Shown: positions 50,796 through 63,807 of the stretch, in pieces
Layout of the letters: every line of letters begins with the position of its first letter
Numbering within the stretch: the stretch's first letter is position 1
NCBI GenBank assembly: GCA_965279325.1
Contig: OZ257154.1
Location: forward strand, 5,128,988 to 5,192,987
Source: Burkholderiales bacterium
Lineage (GTDB): Bacteria; Pseudomonadota; Gammaproteobacteria; Burkholderiales; Ga0077523
Length of the DNA: 64,000 nt
Direction of reading: 5' to 3'
Program-made: the position numbers and the translations under genes
The notes under the pieces: generated by a model
Seen by the model: the letters and a program-made list of their open reading frames with translations, nothing else
Told to the model about the DNA's origin: nothing
Database searches by the model: none

Positions 50796-50821
50796 TCAAC
50801 TACACTAAATCATGTAGTTGA
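50796..50821. promoter_or_regulatory. Perfect 9-8-9 palindrome upstream of aceA
   Basis: TCAACTACA-ctaaatca-TGTAGTTGA. Confidence 0.45.
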
Positions 50822-50880
50822 GGCGCCAGTGCCCATGGATTCCCGGATTATGGGATCTGGTTTTGCTCACTGCGGCGAAG

Positions 50881-51363
50881 TCAGCCGTCCAGGCGGGTCG
50901 AGGAGACGATGATCCCGTCCTCGTCGGCGTAGAGGTGATCGCCGGGAACGAAGGTGATGCCGCCGAAGGTGACGGGAACGTCGCGTTCACCGGTGCCCTT
51001 CTTGACGCTGCGCAGCGGATGCGTAGCCAGCGCGAACACGCTGACGGGCATGGTCGCCACCTGCACGGAATCCCGGATGCATCCCCAGACGACGATTCCG
51101 CGCCAGCCGTTGTCCACCGCGAGCTGCGCAATCTGGTCGCCGACGAGCGCGCAGCGGAGCGAGCCGCCGCCATCGACCACGAGCACCTGTCCGTTGCCCG
51201 GTTCCGAAAGCGTGGCGCGCACCAGGGCGTTGTCCTCGAAGACCTTCAAGGTCCGGATCGGTCCGCTGCAGGCCGCATGGCCGCCGAAGCTGCGCAGGAT
51301 GGGTTGGAGGATGCGCAGGCGATCGGCATGGGCATCGCACAGGTCGGTTGTCTTGAAGTTCAT
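50881..51363 (-). CDS. rraA: RraA family protein (RNase E regulator / HMG aldolase-like)
   Basis: TTDLCD, FEDNALV, VDGGGS, GCIRD and YADEDG motifs. Confidence 0.9.
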   Translation of the reverse strand: MNFKTTDLCDAHADRLRILQPILRSFGGHAACSGPIRTLKVFEDNALVRATLSEPGNGQVLVVDGGGSLRCALVGDQIAQLAVDNGWRGIVVWGCIRDSVQVATMPVSVFALATHPLRSVKKGTGERDVPVTFGGITFVPGDHLYADEDGIIVSSTRLDG

Positions 51364-51505
51364 GCGCGCGTTGCCGATGAAGAGGGTGAGATGCGAAGCG
51401 GGTTTCGCAAAGGAGGGGCGAGTGGACTAAGATTCAACCGCTTGCATTCTTCAAACCACGAATCCGCGCAGCGGGCGAATCTCCACAACAACCCACAGGT
51501 CATTC

Positions 51506-52753
<1,248 letters not shown>

Positions 52754-52862
52754 AATCCGCTCTCAAACCGACCGTGCACCAGCGCGAAGCGCCCCTTGTA
52801 AATTTCCGGGTATCGCGCAAAATAGGGTCGTCATCGAAGGAAAACGTCTGCGTAGTCAGGTC

Positions 52863-53171
52863 ATGGCAACTGGTCCTCGCGAAGGTGGTGTCCTCGAGGT
52901 CGAAAAGCAGAAGGTCAAGCCGCCCCCTCTCTTCAAGGTCCTCCTGCTCAACGACGATTACACGCCCATGGATTTCGTCGTGGGCGTTCTGCAGAACTTC
53001 TTCGGCATGACGCGTGAGCAGGCCACTCAGGTGATGCTCAAGGTCCACCGGGAAGGAATGGGTGTCTGCGGGGTCTACCCGAAGGATGTCGCAGCCACGA
53101 AGGTCGAGCAGGTGATTTCGTATTCCCGGCAGCACCAGCATCCACTGCAGTGCGTGATGGAGGAAAACTGA
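52863..53171 (+). CDS. clpS: Clp protease adaptor ClpS
   Basis: [12 protein letters not shown] and HPLQC motifs. Confidence 0.96.
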   Translation: MATGPREGGVLEVEKQKVKPPPLFKVLLLNDDYTPMDFVVGVLQNFFGMTREQATQVMLKVHREGMGVCGVYPKDVAATKVEQVISYSRQHQHPLQCVMEEN

Positions 53172-55463
<2,292 letters not shown>

Positions 55464-55592
55464 TCGTGGGTGCCGGGGACGGCTCGGTGAGCATCGAGTC
55501 GTCCTTCGTTGCGCGTCGACCGTTGGCGGACCCGCTGCGTTGAGGACACACGCAGTCCTCCATCGCATTTGCATCCGCTCGAGGAGAAGCCC

Positions 55593-55913
55593 ATGAAACG
55601 AAACCGCTCCGCGCTGCTGGCGATCCTGCTCTCGGTGCCCGCATGGTTCGCCGCCTCTGCGGCGTTCGCCGTGGACGAGCACCCTGGTCGATACGTAGCG
55701 GCGAACTGCACCGGCTGCCATGGCACCCAGGGACGCAGTGTGGGCGGCATGCCGTCGCTGGCGGGACTCGATCGCGCCTACATCCTGAACGCGATGGAGG
55801 AGTTCAAGTCGGGCACCCGGGCAGCCACCATCATGCAGCAGCATTCGAAGGGCTACACCGAAGCCCAGTTCGAGCTGATCGCGGATTATTTCGCGGCGCA
55901 GAAAGCGCGCTGA
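55593..55913 (+). CDS. fccA: Monoheme cytochrome c subunit of flavocytochrome c
   Basis: Signal peptide, CTGCH and TIM axial Met; GAGGAG RBS; adjacent to fccB. Confidence 0.78.
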   Translation: MKRNRSALLAILLSVPAWFAASAAFAVDEHPGRYVAANCTGCHGTQGRSVGGMPSLAGLDRAYILNAMEEFKSGTRAATIMQQHSKGYTEAQFELIADYFAAQKAR

Positions 55914-55935
55914 CCGGAACGAGGAGACGGCGACG

Positions 55936-57207
55936 ATGAATCGGAACAGAAGGCATTTCATCCGCGCGGTCGGCGCCGCGACGGTCGCCAGCGTGGCGGG
56001 TCTGCCGTTGAGTGCGCAGGCAGCCTCGGGTCGCGTGGTCGTGATCGGTGGTGGATTCGGTGGCGCTACGGCGGCGAAGTACCTGCGCCTGTGGAGCACC
56101 GGGATCGACGTGACGCTCGTGGAGCGCAACGCGGAGTTCGTCTCCTGTCCGCTCAGCAATCGCATCCTGGCCGGCACCACCACGCTTGCGGATCTCACAC
56201 GGGGCTACGGCGACCTCGCGTCGAAGCATGGCGTCAACGTATTGCACGACGAGGTGGTCGGGATCGATGCAGCCGGTCGGACCGTCACGCTCGCGAGCGG
56301 CAAGTCGCTGCCCTACGACCGTCTGATCGTGTCATCGGGCCTGGACCTGGACTATTCGAGCATTCCCGGCTTGCGCGAGGAAAGTACGCGGGAGCGTGTG
56401 CTGCACGCCTGGAAGGCGGGGCCCCAGACGCTCGCCCTGCGCCGCCAGCTCGAGGCCATGCCGGATGGCGGCGTGTTCGCCGTGACCGTGCCCAAGGCCC
56501 CCTACCGCTGTCCGCCCGGACCGTACGAGCGCGCCTGCCAGGTCGCCTGGTACTTCAAGCTGAACAAGCCGAAGTCGAAGGTCCTGATCCTCGATGCCAA
56601 CGACAAGGTCGTGTCGAAGGAAGCGTTGTTCCGGAAGGCATGGGAGGAAATGTATCCCGGCATCGTCGAGTACCTGCCCAACAGCGAACTGGTCGACGTG
56701 GACGTGCAGACCCTCACCGCGAAGCTCCAGTTCGACGAGGTCAAGGCCGACGTGCTCAACGTGATCCCGCCGATGAAGGCCGCCGCGATCGCGGAGCGCA
56801 CCGGGCTCATCACCGCGAACAACAAATGGTGCGGCGTCGACTTCCTCAGTTACGAGTCGCTCGCGCAGAAGAACATCCACGTGCTCGGCGACGCCATCCT
56901 CGCGGCACCGCAGATGCCCAAGTCGGGCCACATGGCCAACCAGCATGCCAAGGTCTGCGCGGCCGCGGTGATCGCGCTGCTGCGTGGCGACAGCGTCAAC
57001 GCCCGTCCGGTCATCAACAACACGTGCTACAGCTTTGTCACCGGCGCCGACGTGATCCACATCGCATCGGTGCATCAGTACGACGTCGAGAAGAAGACGA
57101 TGCTGACCGTGCCGGGCAGCGGCGGATTGTCGATCGCGCCGAACGAACTGGAAGGCCGCTACGCCGAAGCCTGGGCACGGAACATCTGGGCCGACATGCT
57201 CGGCTAG
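55936..57207 (+). CDS. fccB: Flavocytochrome c sulfide dehydrogenase flavoprotein
   Basis: Tat NRRHF; GGGFGG, SCPLSN, CPPGPYER, MPKSG and NTCYS motifs. Confidence 0.88.
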   Translation: MNRNRRHFIRAVGAATVASVAGLPLSAQAASGRVVVIGGGFGGATAAKYLRLWSTGIDVTLVERNAEFVSCPLSNRILAGTTTLADLTRGYGDLASKHGVNVLHDEVVGIDAAGRTVTLASGKSLPYDRLIVSSGLDLDYSSIPGLREESTRERVLHAWKAGPQTLALRRQLEAMPDGGVFAVTVPKAPYRCPPGPYERACQVAWYFKLNKPKSKVLILDANDKVVSKEALFRKAWEEMYPGIVEYLPNSELVDVDVQTLTAKLQFDEVKADVLNVIPPMKAAAIAERTGLITANNKWCGVDFLSYESLAQKNIHVLGDAILAAPQMPKSGHMANQHAKVCAAAVIALLRGDSVNARPVINNTCYSFVTGADVIHIASVHQYDVEKKTMLTVPGSGGLSIAPNELEGRYAEAWARNIWADMLG

Positions 57208-57217
57208 AGTTCGCGGG

Positions 57218-58381
57218 TCAGGGTTCCGTCGCGTTCTCCGCGGCGTCCTCCGACACGGTGGTGGCGCTCCACAGCACCGCACCGTCCAGGTTCGAAGGCA
57301 TGCGCGCGTGCGGCAGTACCTCGAGCACCGCGAAACTCGGGTGGCTGGTGCGTCGCTTGGGCATGGCCGGCAGCCGCAGGCCGGCGCCGTTCAGGACCGA
57401 GCGCACGATCGGCTGGCTGGAATTGAGCGTCCGCTTGACCACCACGGCGGTCTCGCCGTTCGCGAGCTGCACCAGGGTTCCCGGTGGATAGATGCCCAGC
57501 TCCTTGACCATCTGCGCGGCCAGGATCGGATCGACGCTCTTGCCCTGGGTCAGGAAGATTTCGCGCAACGCCGCGTTCGGAGCGGTGCCCGGCCGATACG
57601 CACGCTCGGTCACCATGGCGCAATAGCGGTCCGCCAGCCCCACCACCTGGGCGGCGGGCGCCAGCCGATCCCCGGAGAGGCGCTCCGGATACCCCGACCC
57701 GTCGATCAGTTCGTGATGCTGCTCGACCGCCTCCAGCCAGGTGGATTCCGTGACGGACCGGGCTTTCAGCATCGTGGCACTCTCACGGGGGTGGGTGAGC
57801 ACCATCGCCTTCTGTGCGTCGGTCAGCGGTTCGTGCTGGGCATAGAGCTGGTTCTGCAGGTCGCGCATCGCCAGGTTCATGGTGAGAGCGGCACACAGCA
57901 CCGGCACCCGTGCCTCGAGCGACAGGCCGCGCTGGACCAGCAGGAGTTCGGTGACGATCGCGGTGTTGATGGCCTGCCGCACGCTGTAGTCCGGTTCCCG
58001 CTGCAGTTGCAGCGAGCCCAGTGCCGCGTCCGCATCCATGGCGCAGACCTCGATCAACGACCGGGCCAGGTGTGCGGTCGCCTCCGCGATCCGGACACCC
58101 GCCACTTCTCCAGCAGCCTCGGACGAGATTCGCGCGGCATCGGCCCGCAGCGTCGCGAGGAGGGCATAGACGGATACGCGAGCGGCATGCGCCGCTTCCG
58201 GGGAGGCCTGGTCCCATTCGATGTCGCCGTAGATGCCCTGGTCGACGAGGCGTTCGACCTGGCTGTCGGTCGGGATCAGCTGGCCCGCGCGCAGCATCAA
58301 TCGTCCGCCACGGTCGTGGATATCGCACGGCAGCGGCGCTCCGGCACGTATCTGTCCCGCTTCGATCCGTTTCATCGGCAT
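57218..58381 (-). CDS. HD-GYP domain protein (degenerate HD)
   Basis: HHELIDGSGYP and ADRYCAM present; AALTMN where AALLHD is expected. Confidence 0.82.
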   Translation of the reverse strand: MPMKRIEAGQIRAGAPLPCDIHDRGGRLMLRAGQLIPTDSQVERLVDQGIYGDIEWDQASPEAAHAARVSVYALLATLRADAARISSEAAGEVAGVRIAEATAHLARSLIEVCAMDADAALGSLQLQREPDYSVRQAINTAIVTELLLVQRGLSLEARVPVLCAALTMNLAMRDLQNQLYAQHEPLTDAQKAMVLTHPRESATMLKARSVTESTWLEAVEQHHELIDGSGYPERLSGDRLAPAAQVVGLADRYCAMVTERAYRPGTAPNAALREIFLTQGKSVDPILAAQMVKELGIYPPGTLVQLANGETAVVVKRTLNSSQPIVRSVLNGAGLRLPAMPKRRTSHPSFAVLEVLPHARMPSNLDGAVLWSATTVSEDAAENATEP

Positions 58382-58491
58382 GACGATCCATCCTCCGCGC
58401 AGGCGGTGCCCCCGGCTGGCCTCGAGCCCGTCGGCAGACTGCTATCCTTGCCCGCGGAGCGCAAACTTGCAATCGGAAGGAGCATGACACC

Positions 58492-58890
58492 GTGATTCGA
58501 AGAACCTTTGCCATGACGCTGGCGACGCTGGGTCTCGCGGCGCTGCTGGTGCCGCCGATCAGCGCCGTGGCAGACCAGCCGGCGATCGCTGGAACGTGGG
58601 CGGGCCCGTGGTATCTCGGCATGACCAGCGGCGTGGCCCACCTGACGCTGGCGGGTGAAGGCGCCCTGGAAGGCACGTTGCAGATGACCAACAACGAGAA
58701 GTTCGGAGAGGAAGCGGCGAAGCTGACCCAGGCGGCGGCTGATGGCACCACCCTGCGCTTCAAGGTCACCGGCGCCGATGGCAAGGCGCTCGTGGCCGAG
58801 TTGCCCGTCTCCGCGGATGGCACGAGGATGAAGGGCTTCGCCCGGTACGGCGGCTACAACATGCGTTTCGAGCTGACTCGCCAGAAATGA
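58492..58890 (+). CDS. Hypothetical exported beta-rich protein
   Basis: AGGAG RBS, signal peptide, IAGTWAG motif. Confidence 0.65.
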   Translation: MIRRTFAMTLATLGLAALLVPPISAVADQPAIAGTWAGPWYLGMTSGVAHLTLAGEGALEGTLQMTNNEKFGEEAAKLTQAAADGTTLRFKVTGADGKALVAELPVSADGTRMKGFARYGGYNMRFELTRQK

Positions 58891-58979
58891 CAAAGGGCGT
58901 GGCCTTGCGGCCGCGCCCTCGCATGAACTTTGTCTCACCGCAATCCGAGGGTCGACATGTCTCGGGGTGAAGGTGGAAC

Positions 58980-59378
58980 TCAAGTGTCCGGATCCTTCAG
59001 CGCCTTGATGTACTCCACGAAGGCGTCGATCTGCTCCTTCTTCAGGGTCTTCTCGAACCCCGGCATCATCCCTGACTTGCCCTTCGCGATGCGATCGTAG
59101 ATCTGCTTCTCGCTCATCTTCGTGCCGGCGAGCTTGGGGCCCTTGCCGGCGTGCAGGCCATAGCCGTCGTGGCACCAGCTGCAGTTCATCGCGAACATCT
59201 TGCGCACGTCTAGCTTCGGCTTTTCCGATTCGGCGACGGGTTCCGCGGGTGTCGCGGGCGCTGCATCCTTCGCTTCCGGTGCTTCGTCCGCTGCCTGCAG
59301 CGGTACTGCAATCAGGCCCGTGGCGGCCGCGATCAACGCAGCGGCGATGTTCATCCTCCAGGCGGTTTCGATCATCAC
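58980..59378 (-). CDS. Class I cytochrome c
   Basis: Signal peptide, CSWCH, GPKL and MMPGF; GAGGAG RBS. Confidence 0.88.
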   Translation of the reverse strand: MMIETAWRMNIAAALIAAATGLIAVPLQAADEAPEAKDAAPATPAEPVAESEKPKLDVRKMFAMNCSWCHDGYGLHAGKGPKLAGTKMSEKQIYDRIAKGKSGMMPGFEKTLKKEQIDAFVEYIKALKDPDT

Positions 59379-59420
59379 GTCTGTCTCCTCGCTAACACCC
59401 CAACGAGTGGTGCCCTAACA

Positions 59421-59448
59421 AAATGGGCGAGGGATCGCTCCCTCGCCC
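59421..59448 (-). terminator. Hairpin/terminator after the PQQ dehydrogenase
   Basis: GGGCGAGGGA-tcgc-TCCCTCGCCC with a short A run on the left. Confidence 0.6.
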
Positions 59449-59520
59449 TTCAACGCTTTTCGGCGGCGGCGCGTTTACGCCACGACTCGCGCGTATCGCG
59501 CCGCCTTGTTCCCCGTTACA

Positions 59521-61263
59521 TCAGGGGAGTGCGAACACCATCAGCTGACCCGCGTCGGTCGGCATGGAGCAGAACGGCTCGCCGAACAACGGGCAGTAGT
59601 TGCCGGACACGTGGCTTCCCCAGCCGGTCGCAACGGCAACGTACTGCTTGCCCTTGGCCGTATAGGAAATGATGCCGCCGTGATGGCCGATGCCGTTGTT
59701 GTGTTGCCACAGCAGGGCGCCGGTGCGGGCGTCGAGCGCGTCGAGCTTGCCGTCGGCGCCGGGGACGAACACGAGGTTACCCTTGGTGGACAGCAGGCTG
59801 GCGAGCGGCGGGAACTTGTACTCCTTCTCCCACTTCACCTTGCCCGTCAGCGGATCGCGGCCCGACACGTGACCGAACGCCTTGCGGCCTTCCGGATGCG
59901 TGGCAGTCCAGCTCGCGCCGAAGTAGGTCTGGCCGGAGAACGCCGGGGGCGGATCCGCCTTCACCACTTCGATGTCGAAGCACCATTCCTGGCCGACCTT
60001 GTACAGCAGCCCCGTGTTGGGGTTGTAGGCACCGGTGTTCCAGGAGATCGCGCCGTCGATGGCCGGGCACACGTTGGTGTGCTTGCCCTCGGGCAGCTCG
60101 CGACGGCCGACCAGCTGGCCGGTCTTCGCATCGACGCCCTTGATGTAGTTGAACGTCTTGCCGAGCATGTAGGCGTTGGCGACCTTCAACGGAGCGTTCG
60201 CCGGATCGGCGTCGTACACGAAGATGATGCCGCCCTTGTTCGGGTGCACCATGTAGCGCTTGCCGCCGCGCTCGATCTGCATGAACTCGCCGACCGCGCT
60301 GTCGAAGTCCCACGCGTCATGGGGCATTTCCTGGAACCACGACTTCAGTTCACCCGTGTCGGCGTTCAGCACGACGACCGAGGAGCTGTAGAGGTTGTCG
60401 CCAGGGCGGGCGCCCGCCGTCTTCCAGGCTTCGCCGGCCCAGTCGTAGTCGGGCGCCGGGTTGGCCGTGCCCCACCAGATGGAGTTGGTCGCCTGGTCGT
60501 ACGTGCCGGTCATCCAGCCACCGCCGCCACCGGTCTTCCACGAGTCGTTGCCCCAGCTCGCGCGGGAGCGCTCGTCGCCACCGATGGTGTCGAATTGCCA
60601 CTTCACGTCGCCGGTCTTGGCATCCACCGCGAAGATCGGGCCGCAGCAACCGGCCAGTTCGCCGCCGTTGGAGCCGATCACGACCATGTCCTTCACGACC
60701 ACCGGGGCGCCGGTGAAGCCCTTGTTGCCGCCCTCGACCGTGAGGATCATCTTGTCCCACACCTGCTTGCCGGTCTTCATGTCGACGGCGATCATGCGGC
60801 CATCGGTGGTGCCGATGTACACGTTGCCGTGACCGACGGCCAGGCCGCGGTTGTAGGGGTTGTAGAAGGTGCCTTCCGAACGCTCCTGGTCCAGCTTGGC
60901 CTGGAAGCGCCAGATCATGTCACCGGTGGCGCCGTCCAGGGCCCACACCTGGCCCGAAGCCGAGGTGTAGTACAGGACGCCGTCCACGGCGATGGGGAAG
61001 GACTGCACGCCGCGCTTGCTGGCGGACGGGCTGTGGACCCATGCCACGCGCATGTTCTTGACGTTGGCCGCGTTGATCTGGTTCAGATCGCTGTAGTGAT
61101 AGGCCTTGAACGAGCCGTGATACATCAGCCAGTTGTTCGGGTCCTTGTCGGCATTGGCGAGGCGGTCCCAATCGACCGCGCCGGCCTGCGACGCAACGCC
61201 GATCAGGGCTGCTGCCGACAGCGCCTTGGCGATGCCTGCCAGCTGTGTGCTCCATCTTTTCAT
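59521..61263 (-). CDS. PQQ-dependent dehydrogenase (methanol/ethanol family, divergent)
   Basis: Signal peptide; A.D..TG...W propeller repeats; NRG, GGEL, GTANPAP, GDNLYS and HDAWDFD motifs. Confidence 0.9.
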   Translation of the reverse strand: MKRWSTQLAGIAKALSAAALIGVASQAGAVDWDRLANADKDPNNWLMYHGSFKAYHYSDLNQINAANVKNMRVAWVHSPSASKRGVQSFPIAVDGVLYYTSASGQVWALDGATGDMIWRFQAKLDQERSEGTFYNPYNRGLAVGHGNVYIGTTDGRMIAVDMKTGKQVWDKMILTVEGGNKGFTGAPVVVKDMVVIGSNGGELAGCCGPIFAVDAKTGDVKWQFDTIGGDERSRASWGNDSWKTGGGGGWMTGTYDQATNSIWWGTANPAPDYDWAGEAWKTAGARPGDNLYSSSVVVLNADTGELKSWFQEMPHDAWDFDSAVGEFMQIERGGKRYMVHPNKGGIIFVYDADPANAPLKVANAYMLGKTFNYIKGVDAKTGQLVGRRELPEGKHTNVCPAIDGAISWNTGAYNPNTGLLYKVGQEWCFDIEVVKADPPPAFSGQTYFGASWTATHPEGRKAFGHVSGRDPLTGKVKWEKEYKFPPLASLLSTKGNLVFVPGADGKLDALDARTGALLWQHNNGIGHHGGIISYTAKGKQYVAVATGWGSHVSGNYCPLFGEPFCSMPTDAGQLMVFALP

Positions 61264-61564
61264 GACTCTCTCTCCCACTGTTGTTTGGCTTTGTACTTCG
61301 CGAGTGCAACTACCCTCTTGTCCGACTGATCGTGGTTCCCCGCCCTTCGTCGTCGCATCCCGGAATGCCTTGCGAGCACTCGCCGGAAGCACTGCCGCGA
61401 CGACCGATTGCCTCGAAACCCACACGGGAATTTAGACCGAGTCCCCGGTCTTTGCAACACGGTTTTCCCCGGGAAAATGTCCTGCCGTGGACAGCCGCGT
61501 CCTGTCCAAGACGGACTCGCCGACTGGATCGAATTCACGCCGCAGTGCACACTGACGCGTCACC

Positions 61565-61987
61565 ATGATCGTCATCACTCCGACGCTTCGCCTGCGCGAA
61601 GCCGAACTCGACTTCCGCTTCGTCCGTGCGTCCGGTCCCGGCGGGCAGAACGTCAACAAGGTCTCCACCGCCGTGGAGCTGCGCTTCGACGCCGCGAATT
61701 CGCCGTCTCTCCCCGAGGATGTGCGCGCGCGGCTGATCCGTCTCGCCGGTTCGCGGGCGACCGGGGAGGGCGTGATCCTGATCGATGCGCGACGGCATCG
61801 CTCGCAGACCCTCAACCGCGAGGACGCCGTCGAACGCCTGGTCGACCTGATCCGGCGCGCGGCGGAACGGCGTCCGGCACGCATCGCGACCGCTCCGAGT
61901 GCTGCGTCGCAGCGAAGACGGGTGGCGACGAAGAAGGTGCGGGCGTCGGTCAAAAGAATGCGTGCACGGGTCGGTCCGGACGACTGA
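61565..61987 (+). CDS. arfB: Alternative ribosome rescue factor B
   Basis: SGPGGQNVNK, RSQ..NR and a basic tail. Confidence 0.92.
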   Translation: MIVITPTLRLREAELDFRFVRASGPGGQNVNKVSTAVELRFDAANSPSLPEDVRARLIRLAGSRATGEGVILIDARRHRSQTLNREDAVERLVDLIRRAAERRPARIATAPSAASQRRRVATKKVRASVKRMRARVGPDD

Positions 61988-62084
61988 TCCGGACGGCGAT
62001 TCCGCGCTTTCACCCCGCACCAATCGGGGGCGAGCGCTCAGGGATGGTGCATCGGGCGCCGATCTCGCGGCGTCCGGGGTGGCG

Positions 62085-63176
62085 CTACAACCAGCCCTTG
62101 CGCTTGAAGAACACCACCATGAGGATGCCCAGGAGCGCCATCATGACCAGCGTGCCGGTGAATCCCCCGGGCCAGTCGAGCGGCGGCATCACGTGGAAGT
62201 TCATGCCGAAGATGCCGGTGATGAACGTGAGCGGCATGAACACGGCGGAGAACACCGCGAGCACCTTCATCACCGTGTTGGTGCGATTGCTCACCGTCGA
62301 GAGGTAGGTGTCGAGGGCGTCGGAGGCGAGGTTCTGGAACGTCTCGACACCTTCGATCACCTGCACGATGTGGTCCTGGAGGTCACGCAGGAACACGCCC
62401 GTGGATTTCGCGATCAGCGGCGTGTCCAGGTGACGCAGGCTCGCGATGACCTCCTTCATCGGCCACACCGCCTTGCGCACGAAGATCAGCTCGCGTTTCA
62501 GTTCCTGGATCCGCTGCAGCGTTTCCGGTCGCGGCTGGGACAACACCGCGTCCTCCGCCTGCTCCACCCGCTCGCTCAGGCGGTCGAGCACGATGAAGTA
62601 GTGATCGATGACGAGGTCCAGCAGCGAGTAGGCGAGGAAATCCGCGCCGAGCTTGCGCGCGCGCCCCACGGCTTCGCGGATGCGCGCCCGCAGCGGATCG
62701 AAGAAATCGCCGGCACGTTCCTGGAACGAGATCACGTAGTTCGGCCCGACCACGAGCGAGAGTTGTTCGATGTCGATCTCGCCACGCTCCGCGTTCCATT
62801 CGAGCATCTTCAGCACCACGTACAGGTAGCCGCCATGGTCCTCGATCTTGGGGCGCTGGTCCGTGTTGAGGATGTCTTCCAGCATCAGGGCGTGGAAGCC
62901 CAGCACACGGCCGAAGGTCTCGATCAGGCCCGGTTCGTGGATCTCGTCCACGTTGATCCAGGTGATGCTGGCAGTGTCCTTGAACTGGAGGCATTCCTCG
63001 ACGCGCGTGATGTCGCGTTCGCGCACGGCGTGCTCGTCGTAGTCGATGATCGTGATGCGCGTTGCATGCCGGGGCTTGTCTTCCCCGACGTAGACCAGGG
63101 AGCCTGGGGGCAATCCGGCCTTGGCGGTGCGCTGTTTGAGTACCTTCCGGCGCAGCGATTTCGCGGACGTCTTCAT
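62085..63176 (-). CDS. corA: Magnesium/cobalt transporter CorA
   Basis: QRPKIE and MPLTFITGIFGMNF motifs. Confidence 0.94.
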   Translation of the reverse strand: MKTSAKSLRRKVLKQRTAKAGLPPGSLVYVGEDKPRHATRITIIDYDEHAVRERDITRVEECLQFKDTASITWINVDEIHEPGLIETFGRVLGFHALMLEDILNTDQRPKIEDHGGYLYVVLKMLEWNAERGEIDIEQLSLVVGPNYVISFQERAGDFFDPLRARIREAVGRARKLGADFLAYSLLDLVIDHYFIVLDRLSERVEQAEDAVLSQPRPETLQRIQELKRELIFVRKAVWPMKEVIASLRHLDTPLIAKSTGVFLRDLQDHIVQVIEGVETFQNLASDALDTYLSTVSNRTNTVMKVLAVFSAVFMPLTFITGIFGMNFHVMPPLDWPGGFTGTLVMMALLGILMVVFFKRKGWL

Positions 63177-63697
63177 CGGTGGTCGGGAAAAATTCGGGTG
63201 AGCAACGCAAGCAGCTTATCGCGTTCTCCGGTTCCGAACGCCCGCGCGAGACGGGCTTCGTGCCGGCGTACCGCCCGCTTTGCCGCGGCCAGCGCTTCCG
63301 TGCCCGCGGCCGTCAGGAACAGCCCGTTCGAGCGCCGGTCGCCCGGCGCAGCGCGACGCTCGACGAGTCCGCGGTCCTCCAGCTTGTCCAGGGCAGGCAC
63401 CAGGGTGGAACGGTCGAGGCGGGCCGCGTCCGCCAGGTGCGTCTGCTTGAGACCCGCGTTCGCCTCGATGATCACGAGCAACCCGAACAGGCCCGGCGAC
63501 AGCGCCAGCTCGCCGAGGGTGGCTTCGAAATCCGCGAAGATCGCCATCTGGGCGAGACGCACGTGGTAGCCGACTAGTTCGGGCAGCATCCCGAGTTCGA
63601 CCCGGACCGGGTCGGCGGCCGTGCCTTCACGCGTCGGCGCGACCGCTGCGGTGCGCCGGACCGGTTTTCCGCCACGGCTGTTCGGTGCTCTGGCCAA
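63173..63697 (-). CDS. MarR family regulator (start uncertain)
   Basis: LVGYHVRLAQ, LDRST...LE.RGLVER..DRRS..LT..G. Confidence 0.85.
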   Translation of the reverse strand: MARAPNSRGGKPVRRTAAVAPTREGTAADPVRVELGMLPELVGYHVRLAQMAIFADFEATLGELALSPGLFGLLVIIEANAGLKQTHLADAARLDRSTLVPALDKLEDRGLVERRAAPGDRRSNGLFLTAAGTEALAAAKRAVRRHEARLARAFGTGERDKLLALLTRIFPDHR

Positions 63698-63701
63698 TTG
63701 T

Positions 63702-63730
63702 TTGACATCCAATGATGGGCTACCCATACT
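63702..63730 (+). promoter_or_regulatory. sigma70 promoter
   Basis: TTGACA-N17-CATACT, overlapped by the imperfect palindrome ATTGTTTGACATCCAATGAT. Confidence 0.65.
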
Positions 63731-63807
63731 AACTCGCCGCGTACCGGCCGCCAAGCCGGCAGCGCAGTTTGCCCTCGGAAGCCCGCGAAGAGCATTCTCC
63801 CCTCATC

